Positions 1-10,918 of a stretch of 64,000 nucleotides of DNA are shown here, in pieces. How positions within the stretch are numbered: the stretch's first letter is position 1; each line of letters begins with the position of its first letter. Below the pieces are notes generated by a model. It saw only the letters and a program-made list of their open reading frames with translations, was not told the DNA's origin and did not search any database. Where the stretch lies: assembly GCA_000091205.1 (NCBI GenBank), contig AP006497.2; one strand, given 5' to 3'. The position numbers were made by a program, and so were the translations under genes. The DNA is from Cyanidioschyzon merolae. Taxonomy: Eukaryota.

Positions 1-424
1 CGCTCTGAAAACGCTCAGACCGAATTGCAAATGAACGATAGTTCCCGTTCTTGCTCGCATGCATCTACCAATGATTCGTATCAAAAGGCTCGGGTAAAAG
101 GGGGACGCTTCGAGCTCACCTTTTAACAAGGATGACTAGACTTTGCAAGGCACCGGCTCTTCCGGCCTGCTCTGTTTCTCACCAAACGGGATTTCGATTC
201 GAGCGTACCGCCACCGAGCACCACCCGTAGTGCCGCGAGATAACGTGGGTGCTGCCTCACGTGAAGTCTTCCGTCCATGGGCAGTCTAGACACCCAAATG
301 GAGTTTGCTTGATAACATAGGAAAGCAAAGATTCGAATTCGGGATCTGTTCGCTCTACTTGAATCTGTGCGCGCGAGCCCTTCACGCGCACGCATCTTGA
401 CACGCTGGTTGGTGCGTGTCTCGC

Positions 425-462
425 CGCACGCATGCACGCACGCATGCATGCATGCGTGCACC
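425..462. repeat. (GCAC/GCAT)n tetranucleotide-like simple repeat.
   Basis: cgcacgcatgcacgcacgcatgcatgcatgcgtgcac. Confidence 0.85.
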
Positions 463-598
463 GATCATCGCATATTAGCCGCCATGCATCAAATCATGTC
501 GATTTTCGCAGCGCTTTTGGAGTTCTTCACACTGCTTTCGCTCGTCGAGTGCGAGGGTCATCTGGGGAAGGGTCCATGAACAGAGAACGGCCAGCTGG

Positions 599-2623
599 AT
601 GCAAATCGATGCTGAGAGATACAAGGTGACTCTTACGAGCCCGAGGTCCCTCTTATCACCACAAAACATCAAGCTGGCGTTCACACTCCCTGAACAGCAC
701 GCTGCTGAGCATTCCTGTTCTCGCTCAGTAATCGCGCGCCACCGTTATTACGCTTTGACTGCGAATGGGGGAGCTGCGGACCAAAACATCGGCGATTCCG
801 AGGACACACGCAAGGTGGGTGACGCTGTGCCTGACGTCGCAAATATCACCGGTGCACTGGCCTCTGGCGGTACGGCTCACGCTCGCGAGCGCTGCTACCA
901 TGTAGCGTCTGCGATGCGGATACCCGCTAGACCAGATAAATCCGTCGTGTTATTCCGCGATCGATACGTCACACAGGACTCGTGGAAGATCTTCAACTGG
1001 GCGCCTCCATTGGCGAGCTCGTCCAAGTTTCATCTCTATACGCGAGCATCTCCTCTTCACGCAAAGCAAGTATGGACTGCGTCAGCATCCCGTCTCGGAA
1101 TGCATTGGAACGAGAACGACCCACCAGTGAGCCGCACACCGGCACCGCCCGATGCACACGAGCGCCGATCTCAAATTACCCAGGTTCTGGCGGCCGCGAA
1201 GTCGAGCCGCAGCCCCGCAAAACCTCATCCGGAGCCACCTGCGAGCGATCTTCGCTCGCCAGAATGCAGAGCGGGTGCCTTCGCAAACGCCGCGGAGCCG
1301 TTGTGGGACCAGGATGCTCGGATAAGCGCTGGTTCGAACCACGATCACATGTCACCATCCCAGGAAAGTGAGGGCATGCACGCCACGCATCCCATGGGAA
1401 CCGATGAACATATCGAGAAAGGCGCTGATCCGCTGCTTTTGGCTATGCCCATGACTCGCGCCGTCGCGAAACAGCGTCGAGCTGCGTCTCCAATGCGCGC
1501 TGAGAACGCTCGTCAGCGTGCGAATCGACTATGGGTTCCAGCGAGAATATCGCACAAGGCTTCGAAGCGGCGATCCAGTGCGGATTCGAGACAGAGGAAC
1601 GGACCTGGTTTTTCTCAAACTCGACCTGCTGAGCTGCTGATCCCCGTTGGAAAATTGCGGCCCGAATCGGAGCACCACGAAGATCCAGGACGTGTCATCA
1701 AGCCGGAAGAAATGGCTCGTATGGGTAGAGTTTTTCGGGAGCGCTTTCCAGAGCCTCCATCCGCCTTGAGCAGCATCCCATCGAGTGGCTGGTGTCTAGA
1801 GCGCATTACTGAAGAAGCAAGCGCTTGGTGGCGGCGCAACTACAGCGAGCAATCCGAGACGTGGTTCCAGCGCTGGCATGCGTACGTGCGTTTCGTGCGG
1901 CAGCGTCTCAGTCGGAGCAGGTCGAAAACCGCTCGAATTTCTGCTGGGTGCGCCCGCCGCTGGCTGGCTCAATTCCTTCGATCGAACGTCGCGGTGGATG
2001 CACACAGCGCGCCATCGAGCTCGTACACCGATCAGTCGGATGCCGCCGCTGAACGGCCAGCACAGACGCACCCAGTACCACTATCCGTGCGCAACGGTTC
2101 CATGATGAAGCGCTCGTTTGCGACGTACCCAAGTTATACACCGCAAACCAGAGCGCGATACCGCCGCTACCAGTACAGAGAATGCGATATGATCTCGCTG
2201 CCGGTGGGTTGCGATGCACGCACACTGCTGCGCTGCTTCAGCGAGGACGCACCTTTGCGCCAGGCACAGGCACTGCCTGCCAAAGAACCAGTGTGGATAC
2301 GAGGTCTGCCGGGCCAGGGCACACGACGATGGCCGGGTTACATGCTGGGCACACTGGACAGACGCCTCATTGATGTCGATGCAGGCGTTTCGCTGGTTGC
2401 AGTGCAAGCCGCTGACGGGAATCCAGAGTACGTCGCAAATGCGCAGATGTACGTTCTGCCGCAGCACCAAATAGAACCATTTCGTGCCTCCGAAGTGAAG
2501 GCAACGTTTGCAGCAGAGCTTGCTCTTCGACGGCCAGCGTCCCGCCAGAGCGCTCGATTCGAACATGCGTTCAGCGAGGTGTACGCTTTGTTTCTGCAAA
2601 ATGCTGGTTCACAATGCGTGTGA
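599..2623 (+). CDS. Hypothetical protein, 674 aa, mostly low-complexity. The C-terminal about 90 aa (VWIRGLPGQGTRRWPGYMLG...YVANAQMYVLPQ) has a Tudor/chromo-barrel-like look.
   Basis: ATG at 599-601 checked. Long uninterrupted ORF with no recognisable catalytic motifs. The domain guess is weak. Confidence 0.4.
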   Translation: MQIDAERYKVTLTSPRSLLSPQNIKLAFTLPEQHAAEHSCSRSVIARHRYYALTANGGAADQNIGDSEDTRKVGDAVPDVANITGALASGGTAHARERCYHVASAMRIPARPDKSVVLFRDRYVTQDSWKIFNWAPPLASSSKFHLYTRASPLHAKQVWTASASRLGMHWNENDPPVSRTPAPPDAHERRSQITQVLAAAKSSRSPAKPHPEPPASDLRSPECRAGAFANAAEPLWDQDARISAGSNHDHMSPSQESEGMHATHPMGTDEHIEKGADPLLLAMPMTRAVAKQRRAASPMRAENARQRANRLWVPARISHKASKRRSSADSRQRNGPGFSQTRPAELLIPVGKLRPESEHHEDPGRVIKPEEMARMGRVFRERFPEPPSALSSIPSSGWCLERITEEASAWWRRNYSEQSETWFQRWHAYVRFVRQRLSRSRSKTARISAGCARRWLAQFLRSNVAVDAHSAPSSSYTDQSDAAAERPAQTHPVPLSVRNGSMMKRSFATYPSYTPQTRARYRRYQYRECDMISLPVGCDARTLLRCFSEDAPLRQAQALPAKEPVWIRGLPGQGTRRWPGYMLGTLDRRLIDVDAGVSLVAVQAADGNPEYVANAQMYVLPQHQIEPFRASEVKATFAAELALRRPASRQSARFEHAFSEVYALFLQNAGSQCV

Positions 2624-2842
2624 ACCGCATGCAAACCCTCCCGATACTGCGAAATGCGATCAAGGTCTCCGCTGGGTAGCCAGCAGCATCATTCAGCAAA
2701 ATTCGATCGATGTGGTTCGCTGCTTCTCAGCTATACAATGCTTTGCTATCCGATTCGACACAGCAATAACATCTACAGGATACTAGATGCCGCAAACATC
2801 CGTCCCTCATCACGCTGCTCGGAAATAAGTCGAGCGCTGCAA

Positions 2843-5239
2843 CTAGGGCGCTGGACATGGCCCGGCTTCACACGGAAATGCCTCTACGATTTCGACCGAT
2901 TCCGCCTGCAGTGCCTCCCTGATGGATTCAATGACTGATCTGGCCTTCAAAAGGGTTTCTTCGTACTCGTCTTGGGGGTCGCTGTGTGCAACAATAGCGC
3001 CGCCAACTCCGATGCTGACGCCCCAGGAGTCTTCTGGCGCATCCACACCATTGGCGTTCCGACGGCGTTCCCATACTGCAGTGCGGATGATGACGTTCCA
3101 GTCCGCATGTTGGCCGTTTGCTGAGACGTAGCCGATGCTACCACTGTAGATGCCCCGGGGCCTCTTCTCCAGCGCCTCGAGAATTTCCAGGGTTCGTTGC
3201 TTTGGCGCCCCCGTCATGGATCCCATGGGAAAACAAGCTCGAAGGACGCGCCCCAGAGGTGCAGCCCAGGTGTTATGTGGGCCCGTGTTGCGCATGGGAG
3301 ACGGCAAACGTCCCTGCACGATACTGACCAGTTGATGCACGCTAGCGAAGGTTTCGAGCCGCATGAGTTGCGGCACTTGAACGGTACCAGGTTTGCATAA
3401 TCGACCAAAGTCGTTGCGAACCAGGTCGACGATCATCAGATTCTCCGCTCGATCTTTCCGGCTGGTGCTAAGTTGGAATGCGAGGCGCGCATCCTCAGCT
3501 GGGTCAGCGCTGCGTTGTATGGTCCCCTTGATGGGTCTCGACTCCAGCATTGTTCCGTTGCGTAATAGTAAGAAACGCTCCGGCGACGCGCTGCAGATGA
3601 CTGTATCGGGGCCGAGCTGCAAGTACGCAGCGAATGGCGCCGCGTTCACACGACGTAATACCAAGTAATGGGTTAGAGGATGAAACTTGGGAGGCAGCTT
3701 CGTTGGTCGTAGTCGAAGAAGATTGGTGAGGCAGATTTCGTAGCTCTCGCCATTACGAATATATTCCAGACACGTTCGAATATCTTTGAGATACTGATCA
3801 CGAGAGCGACTCCATTCGAACTGGATAATCTTCTGGGGTGCATTCGATGACTGATCACATGGAGCATTCCTTGGTGTCTCCTGATTCCTGATTCGATCTG
3901 ATACCTGAAGATCAACCCGATTTGGCGCAGAATCCGGTGTCGTTAGGGCGCATTCGACTCGTTCTATCCACATGGCGGCGTCGCTCGGATCTGCGGAAGC
4001 CGCATCATTCGTGACGAGCAGCACCGAACCCGTCTGATGATCAAAGATCGCAAGTCGATGCACCCAACCTAGAAAAGCATCAGCCGGGTTTCGACGCCCG
4101 CTCTGACCTCCATGGGGAGCATCGAAGCTCTCCCTCTTCAGTTCGAATCCAAGATATCCAAGGTAACCTCCAATGAAAGGCGGCAGCTCATCGGATGTTT
4201 CCAGCTCCGGCCACGAAGCGGCACTGGTCGAGAGCTCTTTGTCAAGCGCTTCCCAAAACGGAAAACGAGACCCGTCCAGTGCATGACTTGACTCCCATTC
4301 GCCGATCATGCTCCAGCGCACTGCCGGCCAGCGTTCTTGTCGATACTCGTAACAAGAATCCAACCAGAACACTTGCCGATTGGGATCATTTCCATACAGA
4401 CGCAAAAACGCTTGTGCCGGTTGCGCACAGACTCGTTTTGCCTCCAGACGGTGCATCTGAACGCAACGCTGCGGTCGATGAAGCTTACCCATGACTTCTT
4501 CGTATACTGCTTGGAAACGACCTGCGTTTCCAGGGTCAGTGCTGTGGGGCACGCGCGGCGCGAGGCGCTCTACTGGGTATCCACGCTCGAGGCGATACCT
4601 CTGGGCGATACGCAGAAAATTGCGAAGGATCTGGTCACCATATTCAGTGCCTGCAGATTCTATATGAAACTGGACGCCGAAAATCGGAAACTTTTGATGC
4701 CGCACAGCCATAAGGATGCGCTCTTGCGTGTCGACATCCGTGCACCAGGCCAGTGGCTCGAGGCAGGACGGCAACGAGGCCGTCTCCGCAACCAGGGAGT
4801 GGTAGCGCACGGCGCGGAAACGAGTCGATGGAAGACCAGAAAACAGGGCCTTCTGGCTTGAGCGCTGCTCGGTTTTCTCAACGATGGCGACCTCTCCGTG
4901 AACGGGTCGCTGGGCGTGAACAACACGCCCCCCGAACGCGTGCACGATGCCCTGGTGGCCGAGACAAACGCCCAAGATGGGCGTCTGATGAAGAGAAAAA
5001 CATTCGATGACTTTGCAACAGAAGCCAAAGTCGTTCACGCGTTCAGGACGGCCTGGGCCCGGTGAAACGATGATGGCGTCAAACGGACTGGGTCCCTGTT
5101 CGCAGGTCGTAATCGACGCCAGCACCGTAGCGTCGTCGTGCCGAACGACAACTGGAAGTTGGCCTCCATCTACAATGCCGACTAACTGGCACAAGTTGTA
5201 GGTATAAGAGTCGTAGTTATCAATTATAAGAACGCGCAT
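2843..5239 (-). CDS. Aminodeoxychorismate (PABA) synthase, a PabA-PabB fusion: N-terminal class-I glutamine amidotransferase plus C-terminal chorismate-binding domain.
   Basis: ATG (cat at 5237-5239) checked. N-terminus MRVLIIDNYDSYTYNL...GVCLGHQ is typical of GATase-I including the catalytic Cys context. C-terminus has ...PERFLL..., SGSIGYVSANGQHADWNVIIRTAV and FPMGSMTGAPK, chorismate-utilising enzyme signatures. GATase-first domain order matches eukaryotic ADCS rather than anthranilate synthase. Confidence 0.85.
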   Translation of the reverse strand: MRVLIIDNYDSYTYNLCQLVGIVDGGQLPVVVRHDDATVLASITTCEQGPSPFDAIIVSPGPGRPERVNDFGFCCKVIECFSLHQTPILGVCLGHQGIVHAFGGRVVHAQRPVHGEVAIVEKTEQRSSQKALFSGLPSTRFRAVRYHSLVAETASLPSCLEPLAWCTDVDTQERILMAVRHQKFPIFGVQFHIESAGTEYGDQILRNFLRIAQRYRLERGYPVERLAPRVPHSTDPGNAGRFQAVYEEVMGKLHRPQRCVQMHRLEAKRVCAQPAQAFLRLYGNDPNRQVFWLDSCYEYRQERWPAVRWSMIGEWESSHALDGSRFPFWEALDKELSTSAASWPELETSDELPPFIGGYLGYLGFELKRESFDAPHGGQSGRRNPADAFLGWVHRLAIFDHQTGSVLLVTNDAASADPSDAAMWIERVECALTTPDSAPNRVDLQVSDRIRNQETPRNAPCDQSSNAPQKIIQFEWSRSRDQYLKDIRTCLEYIRNGESYEICLTNLLRLRPTKLPPKFHPLTHYLVLRRVNAAPFAAYLQLGPDTVICSASPERFLLLRNGTMLESRPIKGTIQRSADPAEDARLAFQLSTSRKDRAENLMIVDLVRNDFGRLCKPGTVQVPQLMRLETFASVHQLVSIVQGRLPSPMRNTGPHNTWAAPLGRVLRACFPMGSMTGAPKQRTLEILEALEKRPRGIYSGSIGYVSANGQHADWNVIIRTAVWERRRNANGVDAPEDSWGVSIGVGGAIVAHSDPQDEYEETLLKARSVIESIREALQAESVEIVEAFPCEAGPCPAP

Positions 5240-5655
5240 GTTTTCGTGAATCGGGCTCGAGGTTCCTCGTCATTGTCCGTGGGGGGCGCGTTCGTGTTCA
5301 CCGCGGGTCTCTTTCAGACAGCCTTGGCTCAAATGTTGGTGAAGCGCAGCCAGTATAAGAAGCCTGGCTTGCGGTCGCCCTTCAATCCCGATAGTGAACT
5401 GCCTCGGCAACTGATCCCGACAAGTGAAGGCTCCGGTGCTGCACCAGCTCAGGTGAAGCGCTGCGACTCGAATGCCGCAGGCGCCGCATCCACTGCCCCG
5501 CGCGTGGCGTTTCGTTGCTGGCGGCAATCTGCGCTGCGGCACGGCGCAACGACTCTACAGACTAGGTGCTTCGCTCTGCACACGGCAGCCTGCGGGTTTG
5601 GCCTGCGCTAGGCTAACTTGGGCTAGCCAGCTCTACAACCGCTCCACCGCGTCTC

Positions 5656-6825
5656 ATGGTAGGTCAAACAGAGCTGGAAGTGCTCGCCGCAGAGCGTCAG
5701 CGCAAGGCGCTCCGACGAACACCCAAGCTCCGAGCGCGGTCTCACGCAGTGCTGGCCAGCACTGGCTCTGTTCAAGGTCATGCCACCGACACTACGACTT
5801 TCGGGACTCTCTATGGAGTGCTGGTTGACTTTGGTAGCACCGTATCCGCGAGTTGTGAGAAGATTGCGTCGGTTTGCAGTGCGCTGCCTGGCTTCCGGTC
5901 GGATAGTCTGGGATCGGAGGAGCTCGCGTCGAGCAACGCCCTGGAGCACGTGCGGGATAGTTTGCAGTCCTTGTTGCGATCATTGGCGAAACTTTTCGCT
6001 AACCTACGAGATGCACAAGTTCGTCATCGACTTGATTCCGTGGAGCTTCCTGCTTGCATCGTTTCGGATATGCGACAGATCCAGAATAATTGGCTCGATC
6101 TGAGTTGCCGCATCGCAGCCAGCATTGTTTGTGTGCAGCAAGCAAACCAGTGTATCGGGGACCCGCAGAGCCAGAGCTTCACAGCTCTCCATAGCGTACT
6201 ACAGAAACATCTCTACCTCTGTCGCAGAGAATGCATGCTTCTGGAAAGAATTCGTACCATTCAAAAGGAGTTGCGGCTGCGGGAAGCCCGCATCGACGCC
6301 CCCAACCGCCGAGAGGCGCCTGCCCCCGAAGCGTTTCAAGGATGCAGCGGCGTGCTCCGGCAGATTAGGTCGATGCAGAACGAAGAGCGAACCTCCAAGA
6401 GCCCGAAGAGATGCGCTGTGAGAACCAGGCTTGAAATTAGCGCACCTACGACACCGAACTTGCCAACTGCGGGACGCGAGGCGTTTTTTGTCGGCGCTGT
6501 AAATGAAGCCGCTTCTCGTTCGCGTTGTTCGGAAGCGCTTGCTCCAACGCCGTGCCTTTTTCGTCTGTTCGAGCGCAGCAGCGCCACTCGACAACATCCT
6601 GGAAGCGTTGGCGAACACTTGGACGGATCGCGATGGACGTCGCTACTCCATCATTCAGCATTGAGTAGCCAGTGGCAAATATTGCGTTTCCGGTCAGAAG
6701 GTTTCCACGATGAGGGTAGTTTGCAATGCTCGCATGGATCAGGTAGCCTTCGTGTCCTCGCAGACTCATTGCGTACGGATGCCTATCATTACGCGGCAAA
6801 CTTTGTGGGCTCACCGTGCTCGTAA
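5656..6825 (+). CDS. Hypothetical protein, 389 aa, no recognised domain.
   Basis: ORF length only. Partially overlapped by antisense ORFs of similar size, so coding status is uncertain. Confidence 0.3.
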   Translation: MVGQTELEVLAAERQRKALRRTPKLRARSHAVLASTGSVQGHATDTTTFGTLYGVLVDFGSTVSASCEKIASVCSALPGFRSDSLGSEELASSNALEHVRDSLQSLLRSLAKLFANLRDAQVRHRLDSVELPACIVSDMRQIQNNWLDLSCRIAASIVCVQQANQCIGDPQSQSFTALHSVLQKHLYLCRRECMLLERIRTIQKELRLREARIDAPNRREAPAPEAFQGCSGVLRQIRSMQNEERTSKSPKRCAVRTRLEISAPTTPNLPTAGREAFFVGAVNEAASRSRCSEALAPTPCLFRLFERSSATRQHPGSVGEHLDGSRWTSLLHHSALSSQWQILRFRSEGFHDEGSLQCSHGSGSLRVLADSLRTDAYHYAANFVGSPCS

Positions 6826-7789
6826 GCATTCGCAGACGCAATGGAATGCTTTCCATTGTACGTATTTCTCATCGAATACCGGTATGATGTCCATAACAGT
6901 TGTGCGCTCGTGGATTGCAACTCTTGAATGAGCAAATTCTCCATAGAAATCAATTTACAGGTCTGATTTTTTGCCTCGTAGCTTGGCACTGCATAGCGTC
7001 TATCGGCATGACGCAAGGAGGATGCGTCGTTCGGCGTGATGAAGCCTCGGATAATCGCCGTGTGCTGGTTGAGTATTCGAATCGAGTATGCGCTGGTAAC
7101 CTTGAATGGGTAGTTCCATCGTATCACTGCAAACGACTCTCCGTGCAGCTCTGGTTATATGGTATCGCAAGCAACCGGCATTCGACCAGGTATCTCAGAG
7201 TACACAGCGGCTGCCTGCACAGAATCCCGAGACGTTACGGAACGCTTTCCCCAGGTGTGATCTTTTGTGCCTGATCCATGCGATACTGGGTAGCGCTGGC
7301 TGGCGCTCAAAGCACGAAACTGCATCGATAATGACGATTCCCTTCACTTGATCCATATGGTGCAATGCCCTGATGATTTGCGCCCAAGGTACGAATCTGC
7401 TTGTCATGTAAGCCTTGATGGATGTACATGAGCAGATGCGACACCTGTTCGAGGCAGGTTCTCCATCGAGCGCTCGAGAACACGAGCGGGTCAAGGCGCA
7501 CTCTGGTCGGCAATGGAAACGACCCGAAGGGTTCGCTCAATGCTGGACCCTTCTTGAATCCGACATGACTTGTAGATCATGGATACGGTATACGGAATTG
7601 CACAAGGTACCACATTGCGTGGCGCAAACGTCAGATTCTTCAACTTATGAGCATATCGTCATTACTGCCCTTCTGCGTTGGCACGCTGAGCATAAAGTCG
7701 TATTGAGCACGCGTGCCACGACGCCTGTGCACTGCTTGGTCGGTAGATCCGGCTCGTTCAAGGACGCGTGTATCGACATCAGGCGCTCT

Positions 7790-8956
7790 TCAAATAGCCC
7801 GAGATAAATACCGCAAAAACTCCTTGAGCATTTTGCGCTCGCCGAACGTTAGCCGCGGTTGCACCGTCGATACCAGTTCTTGCTGCTCAGTCTCGGTTAG
7901 GGCCAATACAACGCGACCGTCGACGAGCTCGCGTGCTAGCCACTTGCATACTCGAGGAGGCAGACCAAAGCTTTTCGCCGCCTCAGCTACATCACGCTCG
8001 GTCCATCGCTCGACCTCCTTTCGCGAGACACCCCAAATCTTCTTAGGGGACTCCTGTGCCAGGCGCAAGGGAAACGGTAACTTGGTATTCTCCCGTGTTT
8101 CCGTCAGCATGTCAGGAGCGCTTGCTCCATATAAGCGCGCATCGAATTGGGCCAAGTCTTCCCGGACGCGCTGCAGATAGGATTCCTCGGGTGAGGTCTC
8201 GCCAGGAGTGGGTAGCTGAATGTCGTCTGCGGCTTGCAGATCCACACGCTGTCTGCGTCGGCGTGAAAACAGCCAGTATGTGCCTACAGACGCGATGCAG
8301 AGCGCTGGCCATGCCAGCACTGAAACCGACCCACTCAGGGCCAGCACCGGCATCACGACCGCTCCGGTAAGAGCGACTCCACTGATACAGAGCAGTCCAC
8401 CCAAGCCGAGGAACGATACAGCACCGAGCAGGAACACTGGAACGCCAACCACCAGTGCAAGCATCATGAGCTGCGATGCCACTGCAAGCAAAACAAGAAA
8501 AATTGGAATGACCAGCGCCATAATTGCAATCAAAAACAAACCAAGGATAGCAGTGGAAGTAGGAGGATGTCGCACTCCTGTTGTCGACCAGGCAAAGTAC
8601 TCGTCTTGGAACAGAGTTCTGAACGGCTGCTGCCATAACCGTTGCCAGCGCGCGCGAGTCTCTACTCGATTCCTGAACAAGTCGTCAGCAGGCCCTTCGG
8701 AACCTCTGCCTGAACCCGAACCCGGACCATTTCTGCTACCACCTCCCCAAGCGCAAGAGATGTCGCATAATCGCCGCGTGCTACCCCAGTGCACTATTCG
8801 AGAGCGTTTCTGGAGCGCAGCGCCGGTCTTCGACCACGAGGTGCCCCGGTTACAGTGCCCAACAAGTTTGCCGCTAACCCGACTACCATACCTGCACCGA
8901 CAATGCAACCACTGTACTGGAGTGCCAATCCAGCACAACCGTGCGAAACTACTCAT
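7790..8956 (-). CDS. Multi-pass membrane protein with a C-terminal SAM (sterile alpha motif)-like domain.
   Basis: ATG at 8954-8956 (cat on the + strand) checked. Central hydrophobic block (ILGLFLIAIMALVIPIFLVLLAVASQLMMLALVVGVPVFLLGAVSFLGLGGLLCISGVALTGAVVMPVLAL) predicts 4-5 TM helices. C-terminal ...WTERDVAEAAKSFGLPPRVCKWLARELVDGRVVLALTETE...ERKMLKEFLRYL resembles a SAM domain. Confidence 0.5.
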   Translation of the reverse strand: MSSFARLCWIGTPVQWLHCRCRYGSRVSGKLVGHCNRGTSWSKTGAALQKRSRIVHWGSTRRLCDISCAWGGGSRNGPGSGSGRGSEGPADDLFRNRVETRARWQRLWQQPFRTLFQDEYFAWSTTGVRHPPTSTAILGLFLIAIMALVIPIFLVLLAVASQLMMLALVVGVPVFLLGAVSFLGLGGLLCISGVALTGAVVMPVLALSGSVSVLAWPALCIASVGTYWLFSRRRRQRVDLQAADDIQLPTPGETSPEESYLQRVREDLAQFDARLYGASAPDMLTETRENTKLPFPLRLAQESPKKIWGVSRKEVERWTERDVAEAAKSFGLPPRVCKWLARELVDGRVVLALTETEQQELVSTVQPRLTFGERKMLKEFLRYLSRAI

Positions 8957-10019
8957 ATCAAGTTAAAGAGCCGCAACGCGGGGCTCGTCAGCGCGAAGGC
9001 AAGTCCGTAAAGTGACGAATCTGGCCGCACGATATCGTTGCGCGACTTGCTGGCGACACACCTGGGCATAGAGACGCTGTCACTGGGTGTAGGATATACG
9101 GTGCTTCCACTGCAACAACTGTAAACGAGGCTCACTGTATGAATGGGTCGATAAACCGAGGCAAAAGGTTGTCCCTGTGCGATTGTAGTTTCCAGCTTGG
9201 TAGGAGAAGGGAACTCGGCGCTAAAATCTTGAAGCAGCCTCAGCCACTGCATGAACCTGTCAGGATGCGTTCCTGCGGGCTCCAGGAGCAGTGCACGTCG
9301 GTCGACCCAGCAGCGCCTAGACTTCCAGGCGGCAACGCGTTTGTGCATGAGGCATGCACCCGATCTGTTTGGGGCACTCAAAGCTCTGATATTTCGAGTA
9401 GCTGCTCCGAAGCTTCCAGAGTGGCCGTGTTCCGCACGAGACGTGGATCAACCTTTTCCGCACCTGTAACAAAGAGAGAGAGATTCTCGGGTAGAGAATC
9501 CCGCGAAGCGCGGCGCATCCTCGCCTGTATATCCTTAGCGCCACGGGTTTCGGACAGCTGAGTCGCCTACGGTTATTGGTGTACGACGCAAAAGCCAGTA
9601 GTGTGGAAGAAGCTCATGCGAGATGTTGCCCGCTACAACGGCACCTTGCTGAGCCAATTACCGCCTTGTCGGCTCCGAGGTAACAAAGCATGCCGTTTGG
9701 ATGCATAAGTATTTCGGTTGCTGGCGTCGCTCTTATGCGCTGTCATCTGTTCACGCTTGTGGTACATCGTTCTATGACGTACCGCATGGGCATCTTCAGT
9801 CGATGTGCACGCTTGCAAACACGCACCTGAAGCCCTAAAGACAGTATCCAAGCCAGTGCCGCATCGGATACACTTTGAAATATCAAATAAGGGAGCATCG
9901 TTGTCGTGCACCAGGTGCCAGGGACACCTCTCCCTGGTGTACATACGAGACGCTCTAGCTCTCCTGAATGGCTGCACAATGCGATACGCCTGCTGCGCTC
10001 CCGGAGGAAACCGAATGCC

Positions 10020-10318
10020 CCGCACGCTTCCGGTTTTTTTTTTCATTGGCGAAACGTTTACGTAGGCCAGCGCTCTCTGATTCTGCGCTTTTTCTCTTCT
10101 TTTTGGGTTTTTTTTTCAGTGCGCGTTGAAGAATCCATCAACCCCCTACCTCCAAGTTACATGACCTATACTTCTTCTCGGGTCTTCTGGTCGTTTCATA
10201 CGTCTGGTCGTGTGTCAAGCCTGATGAAAGCGACAGCAATAGCGTCTTTACCGTTGGTACTGTTGCATCACGGAGACAGAACGGCGTTGCCGTACCACAG
10301 AGGGCGTCCGCTCGAGGC
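10020..10318 (+). repeat. Dispersed repeat family R, copy 1 (about 300 bp). It has T-rich tracts near the 5' end and an internal hairpin.
   Basis: About 80% identical to 18267-18593 over the full length (for example ...ggccagcg(c/t)tctc(t/c)gatt(c/a)tgcgc..., ...ggagacagaacggcgttgccgtaccaca...gggcgt(c/g)cgctcg). Confidence 0.8.
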
Positions 10319-10918
10319 ACGCTCTCGGTTCATGAGTATTTTCTCATCAAAAGTCCTCAGCTGTTCCGCAAAATACCCACACTGAGCACCAAACGATTCC
10401 TTCGAAAATTCGCTCAGTACAAAGCCGCTCGAGGCCCAGAAGCACAGGGGCATTCCGAATGTTGATCGAAGGGGTAAAGTCTTGGCGCAGCGCCTGTCTG
10501 CGCCTATGTTTGCCGGTGGAAATACGCCATGTAAAGCCTCTGACATTTGATTAGCTCGCCGTCCGACGTTCGCTCACCTAACCATACAACGTCTTGTGCA
10601 TCCCGCCCGATTTCACGCACATTCTCCATTCCTGTTACAGCGTGCTCCCGCGCGCTACGAAGCCACCTGTTGCCGCCACACACGCACCTGTCCTCTACGT
10701 GGCCATGGATGGCCATGCTTCACAGCGACGGCATTGCGGCGGTTCCAGCGAGTTATGAGCGACGCACTGGAGCGACCCTGCTGGTCGCAGCCTACCGTCT
10801 CGATCAACGCAACCCTCGACCAGAATGCGAAACAAGGCGGTGCTTCTGGAATCGTTTCCTACAGTCGCAAGCAAGCGCTTGCGCAGCTAAAGCGCATACA
10901 GGATTCTGCAGGCATGCT

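Noticed and set aside
1320-1345. tRNA T-loop-like motif gctggttcgaaccac.
   Set aside because: Flanking sequence cannot form acceptor or T stems. It lies inside a long ORF. I found no convincing tRNA anywhere in the window on either strand.
982-1371. Numerous 60-250 aa ORFs antisense to or overlapping the confident genes (for example 982-1371, 8112-8636, 8220-8966, 11421-11957, 14319-14981, 46678-47187, 46902-47534, 59462-60028).
   Set aside because: In GC-rich DNA, long spurious ORFs are expected on the opposite strand of real genes. None carries recognisable motifs, and they overlap genes with strong family signatures.
10020-10318. Repeat family R as a 5S rRNA gene or a clear tRNA-derived SINE.
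   Set aside because: No alignment to the 5S consensus. Only a weak A-box-like segment and no B box (GGTTCGANNCC) in either orientation. It is kept only as a speculative SINE-like element.
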